Assembly: GCA_013265495.1 (NCBI GenBank)
Contig: MU058213.1
Span: 7,084,066 to 7,148,065 of the forward strand
Length of the DNA: 64,000 nucleotides
Source: Vicugna vicugna
Lineage: Eukaryota
Direction of reading: 5' to 3'
The first letter of the stretch is position 1. The number at the start of each line of letters is the position of its first letter. Under the pieces are notes generated by a model. The model did not search any database and was not told where the DNA came from. It saw nothing but the letters and a program-made list of their open reading frames with translations. A program made the position numbers and the translations under genes. This document shows positions 23,891 through 64,000 of this stretch, in pieces.

Positions 23891-25737
23891 TCCAGCCCCA
23901 GCACACAGGTCAGGGGGGAATAATATCACCTTCATGTTCACAATCATAGTTTGAATTTCCATGTCTGTACTGCCTGCATTTACCTTTAACGCTTCAAAGA
24001 ATAAAAGCCAAGTTCTTATTAACAGCTGACAAAATGTTAAAGCCTGCCCTATTCCTTCTCTTTACAAAGTAAAATCATTTGGGAGAAGATTCAAATCTCC
24101 AGATGGTTCTCTTTACTTCAAGAAATGGTTTGGACAGCTCAACTGTGGAGTCCAGAGTCCAGAGTCTGAGCCCAAATTCCAAGCGCCCTTTCTGTCGGTT
24201 TTGGAAAATACTGTAGGCAGCCACTGCTCCATTCAGGGGAGAGACAGCAGGTGGTGTTTGCAAGGGTTCTCCGGGGGCCTTCCCTGTGCCAGTCTGCCTT
24301 TTGGATTTTTCCTGCCTGCTGGAGGGTCCAGACCAGCCAAACCCATGGCCAAGCCTCTCTGGGGCAGGGCAGGAGCAGAAGCTGCCGTCTGGCGGCCCAC
24401 CCTTGCCTTCCCCCACCCCTGCCTTTCCCAACATGCAGTGTGGTGGAAGGAAGCAATGTCTAAGTGCTTCCTGATCTGAAACACTGCTCCCCACAACCGC
24501 CGCTCAGCCCGATCAGTTCTGGGGTCAAACCATCATGCGGGAGGAAGCAGAAAGTCCCCGCTTCCTATGCAGTTCCTTGAACCCTGCCCCCAGCACACCA
24601 AAAAGTACAGTTTGGGATAGGACATCTGAGAAAACGCCCTATTTTTTGCTTAACTTGCATTTTAAAGACTATCGCCGTGGCCTTTAAGGCACTCTCTGGG
24701 CCGCTGGTGACTCAAGAGCCACGTTCCGTCTGAGTCTCTATGTAAAGTTTGCCAAAGGTCAAAATAGCAAATCAGTCAGCCCACAGATGTGTATCACACG
24801 GTCAACATGGTGTCATTTCCACTGGATCCGAGTGCTGGGAGTAGGGCAGGCGTTCTCCATTTCTCCAGAACCCCCTTTCTGTCCTACCAGCCCGTCTCAC
24901 ACGTGCATTTCTGTTACCTGCCTAGTTCCTGCAGACCACTCAGTGTGTCAAGAATTAGCGACTGACACGGCATCCTCTACCAGGAGGAAATGGTGTGTGA
25001 GAGTTTGGGGACAGTCAGCAACGCCACCCCCAGCCCCGCACCAGCTATAGGGAGGTACCTGTGTGAGCGGGCTGTCTGCGGCGTCCTGGGCGAGCTGCCT
25101 GTCAACAGCACGTTTACCTTATGAATGGAGATAAGGATATAAACACACATACCTGCTTATCATGCAGCCCATCCATGGAAAGGATCAGAAACCAGGTGAT
25201 GCTACAAAGGCCCCTGGCTGGCTGGGAAGGAGTGGGAGTGGGATGTAATTTTCACCATATTTACACGTGCCTTTTGAAACGTGACGCCCTTGCGTGAATT
25301 ACCTATCACCCACTCTCAGAACCATCAGAATGTGCGTGGAGAGCTTCCTCCCAGCTGTAAAACCTCCCCTTAGATTTGAGGGCCCAGCTCACCCGCTTCC
25401 TTCCCTGGGTCGCCTTTTTCAGTCCTCCCAGTCAAAACCAGTCGCTTCCTTTTCTGTGCACCCACCCGCTTTTCTACATCTGCTGGACAAACATGCTGTA
25501 GCCTGACTCACGGATGGGTGAGCCCTTGAGGTTGAAGCAGGATGTTATTTATTTTTGTAATTCTTATGGAAATATTAGCAATATTTGGTAAAGAGTCCAA
25601 CCCCCACCCCCGCTTTCCTCCAGTTTGAGGCCCCCATGGACGCTTGTTTTCATCTGAATTACCAGTAGAAAGATGAACAGACGGAGGTCATTCTGGAATC
25701 TTTCCCCCGATAGGTACTGTCACCCCCTGGGCGCATC

Positions 25738-25940
25738 TAGCTGGCCCAACAGAACCTCCTATTGATGGAAATGTTCTCTGCCTGTGCTGTCCAATGCACT
25801 AGCTGCTAACCACGCGTGGATACTGAGTATCTGTAATGTGGATACCGGGACTGAGGAACTGAATTTTTAATTATTTATTTAAGCAAATTTAAATGTAAAC
25901 AGCCACATCTGGATAGCAGCTACCTTATGGGACAGCCCAG
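25738..25940 (+). mobile_element. MER3 (hAT-Charlie MITE)
   Basis: gatggaaatgttct...gctgtccaat...actgaggaactgaatttttaatt...aaatttaaatgtaaacagccacat...gctacc...ggacagc. Confidence 0.85.
25874..25879 (-). terminator. Candidate distal ANXA2 polyadenylation signal AATAAA inside MER3
   Basis: Plus-strand tttatt about 200 nt beyond the proximal signal, in the AT-rich core of MER3. Confidence 0.5.
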
Positions 25941-26075
25941 TTCCAGAGCCTTCCTCCTCAAGGGGGGGACAGCTTTCCCCTGTCGCACAGGACAACCCTG
26001 AGGCATGTCTGATTCTGAAACAATTAAACTGAGAGCAAGGTCAGCGAAGTACTTGTTCCTAAAGTAAAAATTCAG

Positions 26076-26081
26076 TTTATT
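26076..26081 (-). terminator. ANXA2 proximal polyadenylation signal AATAAA
   Basis: Plus-strand tttatt about 285 nt after the stop codon, at the end of a 3'UTR resembling mammalian ANXA2. Confidence 0.85.
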
Positions 26082-26365
26082 CATCTGTTTATGGCACAGT
26101 ACACAAGAAGCAACGTGTTTCACATCATAGATTTCACTTCCAACTCCTTGGAATGTTCACTTCTTTGGCTAAAATGAGAGACTAGATGGGATAGCCAGGT
26201 AATGCTCAGGCAACTAAAATCAGGCTGGGGAGGGTGGGCGGGCGACGCTGACGTCGTCCTCCCAGGGGTGGGCACGAGGGGGCTGTTAGTCGCAAGCTGA
26301 CTGGGTAGAACTGTTAGCGGGGAGCGTGGGAGCGTCCCTCCCGGGTGCGCGGGCCGTCGCGGGCT

Positions 26366-57942
<31,577 letters not shown>

Positions 57943-59319
57943 TTTGAAAGAAGCTGGAAGAAAAGGAACAACAAAACGTCTTTATTATGAAGAGGCTTTC
58001 CTTTCCCCTGAAGCACAGGGATTCATTGTACTAATCTCTATTTCTTGGACCATTTCATCTGACGATATTAGAGTAATTTTTGCAAATAGATGCCATTCCT
58101 GTTGTATGACCGGGAAAATAAAAGCTGGGAAATGGTTTGCCTTCCGTTTGGGGTGGACCTGCTCTCACTCCGTTTAAAGAGAACCAAGAGAGACTGACTT
58201 ACAAGTACAAAAACAAAACGCTTCTCAAGACGAATGCAACGTGCTCAAGAAGGGTAAGACTGAATCTGCCAGTTCTTGTAAGAAGTGGTTACCTTGTCAA
58301 ACTAGCCATCACTTTGGTAGTTTTCACCAGTAACTTAATATATTGAAAAAGGCCCTGAAAACTAGGGATGTAAATTGAAATCAACAGCATTTTCATGTCG
58401 GCTCGTGCCCAAACGGAACCTTTATTACGATCTAGAATTATTTTCTTAGCTCACCAATGCTTGGAGGATATTAAACTGTTTATGAGAGAGAGAACAGACA
58501 GATTTTCTGACATTAACTCAGTCCCTAGAAGACTGAGCCTTGTATTTAAGATTCAGAACGGCTGAAATGAAGTCATCTTCCAGTTAATACACTTAATCAG
58601 GCAGTGACACTACAGCCTGATGAATCGGCTTTCTAGCTTTGCAATCACACAGTTCTCGGAATTGATACATCAACCCCTGCCAATAAAAAGTGCTCAGTTG
58701 GCATGAAATTTACCTCAACTGAGACAGGACTGGTCATTCAGCAGCAGCATCCCCAAAATAAAGGAAACAGAGCAGAGCTGCATCCTCAAACAGTGGGAAT
58801 GATGTCTGAACTGCAGCAACTCCTGCTTTGGTTTTTGTTTTGTTTTGTTCTGTTTTTGTTTTGCTTTTCTGAATATTCTTTGATCAAGGAAATTGTGCCC
58901 ATGCAATTCCAGCTTTGTGTACTCTTCCAACAGTCTGCTTAGTCTAAATGTTTTCACACAACTGGCTTGGGGGGAGTAATCTAACACAGACATTTGCTAA
59001 TATATCAGAAGGCTTTGGATTAAGCAGATTCCAGGTTCTGTGTGGGGTGAGTTAGAGGAACGGAAAAGAGGATTCGCCTTTATTTATGGTTATCGATATA
59101 TTTCTGCAAGATTGTCATCCTGAGCTGTCTCTCCTACACCACTCCTTTCTTGATGCTTACAGAAGCTTTCTAAGCACAGAAAAAACAGAATCACCGCTAT
59201 TCCATTCCTCTACTCCCACAACTTTCAGACACCGTGACCCCAGCCACCCCAATATGTCCCACCGCTAAAATATAATTCTGATTTGTAAAAAGTTTTCCTC
59301 TATAAACTATATCCAAACA

Positions 59320-59968
59320 GTGTAATATCATTTAGCACTGAAAAGAAATGAGCTATCAAGCCATGAAAAGACATGGAGGAAACTTCATTGTATATTACCA
59401 AGTGAAAGACGCCAGTTTGAAAAGGCTCCACTCTGTATGGTTTCAATTCTACGACTTTCTGGAAAAGGCACAATTATGCAGACAGGAAAAGGATCAGTGG
59501 TTGCCAGGGATTAGAGGGGAAGGAGGGAGGGATGAATCAGCGGAGTACAGATGATTTTTAGGGCCATGATACTGTAATGGTGGATATATGTTGTTATAGG
59601 TTTGTCAAAATCCACAGAACATACAGGGGGAGAATATATCTCAAATGGTAGGGTGCATGCTTAGCATGCACATCCTGGGTTCAGTCCCCAGTACCTCCTC
59701 TAAAAATAAATACATAAATAAACCTAATTACTAATTACCTACCCCCCAACAAACAACAACAAAAATATATAGAATATACACCACCAAGAGTGAACCCTAA
59801 TGTGAACCACAGGTGTTGAGGGAGAATGATATGTTCAACATATTGTTCTGGTGGGCAGTCTTCACAGCTGGGGAGCTTGTGTGCTAGGAATATATGGGAA
59901 CTCTGTACTTCCCACTCGATTCTTCCATGAACCTAGAACTGCCCTAAAATACAAATTCTATTTTTTTA
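59320..59968 (+). mobile_element. Old L1M 3'UTR fragment interrupted by a SINE
   Basis: aagtgaaagacgccagtttgaaaaggct...ggatcagtggttgccagggatta...atatatgggaactctgtactt. Confidence 0.8.
59626..59770 (+). mobile_element. tRNA-derived SINE inserted in L1M
   Basis: Same SINE body; target-site duplication agaa(c/t)ataca at 59616-59625 and 59771-59780. Confidence 0.85.
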
Positions 59969-59984
59969 TGAGTCTTGCTCTGTG

Positions 59985-60310
59985 ACTAGACTATCCAAAT
60001 ACACTAGCCACTAGCCACATGGGGCTACCAAGCATTGAAAAGTGTCCATTTCAAACTGAGACACACTGTCATTGTAAAGTAAGCACCAGATTTTGAAAAC
60101 TTAGTATGAGAAAAATGTAAAATCTCTGAGTAGTTTTTATATTGATTATATATTAGGTTTATAATATGCTGGTTATATCAGATTCAATAAAATACGTTAT
60201 TTAAATTTACTTTCATCTGTTTCTTTAACTTTTTTCAAATGTGGTTATTAGAAAATTTGCAATTCCATATACAGCTCACAGTTTATTTCACTGGGCTGTG
60301 CTGGTCTAGA
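59985..60310. mobile_element. MER33-like (hAT-Charlie) element
   Basis: tagccactagccacatggggcta...accagattttgaaaacttagtatg...aatgtggttattagaaaattt...gtgctggtctag. Confidence 0.75.
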
Positions 60311-60714
60311 GGATCCCAGGATGGGCGTGGTCCAATCCTAGTCCACAAGCCTTCACAGTAGCTGGGTTAGCTGAAGACTAAGTTTGAGATTTCTTGTCAA
60401 GACACAGATAGTTTGAGCCTGTCTTGATACAGCAAGAAATCTCCAACTTCAACTTGGGGCAAGAAGCATTCCAAAGGGACTCATCAGTATCCTTCTGCTG
60501 AGTCACCAAAGTGGAGACAAATTCCCCAGGACATGGGCCACCCAAGCCCTGGGTTTTTGTTTTTTGTTTTTTTTTTCTTTTTCAAGCCCTGGTTTTGACT
60601 CTTACCCCTGGGGCTCAGTCAGAACTGGACTAGGTCTGCAGTGAGGTGTAAACTGGTATCATCTTGTAATTCTAGTCCCCCCTGTAAACAGCTAAGAAAT
60701 AAAAATGTCTAAAC

Positions 60715-60830
60715 ACCTTTAATGAAAAATATGAAAACGACCATATGTATGTATATGCATGACTGGAACATTCTGCTGTACACCAGAAATTGACATGTTG
60801 CAACTGACTATACTTCAATTAAAAAAAAAA
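60715..60830 (+). mobile_element. Short L1-type 3' tail fragment
   Basis: acctttaatgaaaaatatgaaaac...tgctgtacaccagaaattgac...actgactatacttcaattaaaa, the same tail as 21945-22061. Confidence 0.75.
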
Positions 60831-63800
60831 GCCAAAACAAACATAAACCAAAACAAAAAAACAAACAAAAAAACAAACAGAAGACCAGGAAGTCAAACAG
60901 AGATGTTTCTGTGTGGATTAAATTCCACTTCTGAAGTAGACCAGGTTCTTCACATCGGTTCTGGTGTTCAGGAAATCTCAAGCACAGCAGCGCAGTAAGT
61001 TTCTGCCACGTAGCTCTTTCAAGCTGCCTTTCCAGCTCGGGGCCCTGGCTTGGGAGACAGCTGCCCACCCACGTCCCAGATGGCACCCTCAGTCCTGGAC
61101 AAAGACCATCTGATTCATGCTCATTCTTCTCCCTCAGCCACAACACACTGAGCAGTCAGAAAATAAGGATTTTAAAACGCCCAAGAAATCTTCCTTTCTG
61201 TTTAATCAACCAGAGTTGTGCTGCTCTAGCATCAGATCAGTCCTACAGGCCACTAGCAACTAAATTCCTCTATTTTATCGTCATAACAGTTCACAGTCCC
61301 TCCTGAGAGTTCAGTGGTGATCTTTTACTCCAGCTCCAGCCTGCCCTCTCTCCCCTCCCCAGCAACAGTGGACTTGAGCCAAACTGTTACTTGTTCTTCC
61401 CCAAACACACTGTCCGGCTTCAGGGCACAGCACCTGGATTCGCGTTTCCTACCCCACCTCCTTACCCTCGTCTCTTCTAGTTACAGACACTGCCCATCCT
61501 CAAGTCACCACTACTTGGCATCTGCTCTAATAGGGCGGCTGCAGCCCCCAATCCACAGCGCTCCCTCCCACCTTTCAATGCCAGAAACGCTTTCTGGTAT
61601 CACTAGTATCCACTGAGCCAAAGTGTACTGAGTTCCTGCCACTCACTATGTGTTCTAACGGCAAATACGTAGTACAATTCAATGAAGCAGGGAGCCTGTT
61701 CTACCTCATCTGCCCCAGACAGTCCCAGTTCCCCCACAGATTTAAGAGTGCCTCTGCACACCCTAGGTACTAAATAAACTCTCAGGAACAGTGAGCTGCT
61801 CTTTTGCATAAATAACATTTACATTATTTATAATCATCCTGCAGAAAACGCAAAAACGTCACAATAACCGAAAAACAACATCCATGAAGTCTGCTGTTAA
61901 CCCATGCAAGTGTCTCCCGTACCCACATACATATTTCCTACTTCAGGCGAGCTTGATGGCTAACACATTTTCACCTCAGAAGTAACAGACCGCCCTCATT
62001 TCTTCGCTACATCCAATGCCCAGGTTTCTTCACTACATCAGACAATTCCGCCCCCGCTGAGTCCTCATCCTGTGTGTAAAATTCATAAGCGCATTCAAAG
62101 CAGAGCCACCACTCCCTTTCTGGCAGACTTCTCCAGAGTATGAAAATGGTGTCACTCCTTCCAACATGGCAGCCTCACCCAGAACTCCAACTGGTTTCAA
62201 CTTGCAAAGAAAAAAAAAAAAATCAGCAAAAGCACGTCTGTTGATGAGTACCTCCACACACCAGCACCTTCCATTCCCAGAGAAGGGCTGGGTCACTAGA
62301 CAAGATCGTTAAAATCGTCTTTACCAGGGGAAGGTTTTCATTTACAGAAAACAACTAGAGAGGTAGAGAGAGACCTACAGAAAGAGCCACACCCACTTCG
62401 AACTGGTTTGAAATAGCTCACCACTGGGATGGGAACACACTCTTGGCTCCACCCTAACGAAGGGAACAGAAGTTTCCTCTGGTTTTTGAAAATATTAATA
62501 AATGAGACTGTTAATTGCCTGACTGGGAAAACTCTTAGGGTGCAAAGCTAGACACTAATGAAATCTGTGCAGCTGCTGGAAAAATGAGCAACTTACATTT
62601 AACATAAGGACTATCTTAGAGATAATTTAAGGGTTTGTCCTTTTTTTCCCCTAAACCCAACAGATTTTATTGAACTTCACTGTTTCACTTCCAACACAGA
62701 GACACAACAAACATAGTACAAGTGAAACAGCTTTAGCTTCTTCCCCCAACAAGAAAAGTAAAGCAAAGTTTGCAAACAGTTTGAAACAAAGGAAACCTAG
62801 AAGTCAACACTTCAAAGAACAAAAGCAAGTTCTACTGAGATGAATTAAGAACCAGGTCCAGAAAGCCCAAATACTAATTTGCACAAACAAACAAAAACAC
62901 GTTGTCACAGGGCTCGTGTACCTGGCAGAATCTGAGACTAACCCAGCAGTTTGGTGGACACACCCACTTTAGTTTAAATGTGGAGTGTTGATATGTAACC
63001 ACAAAACACATCCTTAGCAACCATGATGAATCAATCAGGGACTGGATGATACAAATGAGGATTTTTAAAGCAAGAAAGTGGTGGTGGTGTGGGGGTGGAG
63101 GATGGGATTCCCCGCCAAGTCCTGACTGTGCACTCCTGGGTCTACAGGACTAGACTGGAATTTTAAACCAAGAGGGGAAAAAAAAATTGCTTGAGTGGGG
63201 GGTACGGGTGAAGTTCCCACTGTACTCCACTCTCCACCCCTCCCCCCAAAGCATTTTTGCTTAACAGAACCTTCCTGAAAGCATACACTTTTCTCCTTGG
63301 TTTTATGGTCTTGATTAATGCCTGAGTCACAGGGGCAAGTCATTCCCCAGAAATCCTGGAATCCTGCCTGGTGGCCTTGAGCAACCAAGCAAGAGGGACA
63401 CAGTGGCACTTGCTCTGGCCTGTCCCTCTTACTGCCTGATCTAAATCAATATTTGTTTGCTACCTCCAGGCACACTGCAGCCTCTTGCTCTCAAGAGCCT
63501 CTCCGTCAGTCTCCTGACAAGGGGTCGGAGTGGGCGGAAAGAGACAAGCAGGAGGAATGATGTCACTTGGCACAAAGCACATTCAGGGTTGGGAAATCAA
63601 GGTCTTCACATCTACAACTCAATTTCGGTGTTTTATGGCCCACATACGCCAGTTCCGATGGGGCCCTGCCGGTTCCAGAAAAAAGTCTAAACTCAGCATT
63701 CAAGATCTCCCACACTAAACTTTTCCATAAATAAAGCATGTGCAAGCACACACACGCATGCACACCAAGCACCAAAGTCAGAGTGGGCTGTCATTCTCCA

Positions 63801-64000
63801 AACACACTCAGCACTGTCTGGCTACCTCCAGGCCCGGGCTCTCCAACTTCCCTCTGCTGGGAAGGTTCAGTCTGCATCAGCTGGCATCCTCATGAGACAT
63901 GGGGATATAAAAAATACTGTTACCTTTCTCCTGTACCTCTCCCCACTCTGTGCTCCTGTCTCTCTCAGTGTGTCTGTGAAATATGAGAGTGGAGTGTCTA

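Noticed and set aside
58000..64000. Search for ANXA2 exon 1 and promoter
   Set aside because: No CpG island or first-exon candidate seen; probably outside the window

Overview
Mammalian genomic DNA, most likely a camelid (inferred from recurrent tRNA-derived SINEs of the 'ggggagggtatagctcaagtggtagag...aataaataaacctaattacctcccccc' type). The main feature is annexin A2 (ANXA2) on the minus strand: 12 coding exons, ATG at 57942, TGA at 26366-26368, all introns GT-AG, totalling 1020 nt (339 aa plus stop). The non-coding first exon and promoter were not found and presumably lie beyond the right end. About 5.6 kb downstream, facing ANXA2, is an intronless, disabled retrocopy of the MAP kinase phosphatase DUSP5 (~18640-20262, + strand). 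Its 5' end is still CpG-dense and carries NRF1/E2F-like motifs. The rest is intronic or intergenic DNA with L1, MIR, L2, MaLR/ERV LTRs and hAT/Tigger DNA-transposon remnants. Best leads: the DUSP5 retrocopy and its possible reuse as a promoter, a SINE+L1-tail composite inside one target-site duplication, a candidate distal ANXA2 poly(A) signal inside MER3, a CTCF/AP-1/STAT cluster near 12 kb, an intronic AP-1/ARE cluster and a hairpin in intron 1. Repeat names and comparisons to human genes come from recalled consensus sequences, not from searches.
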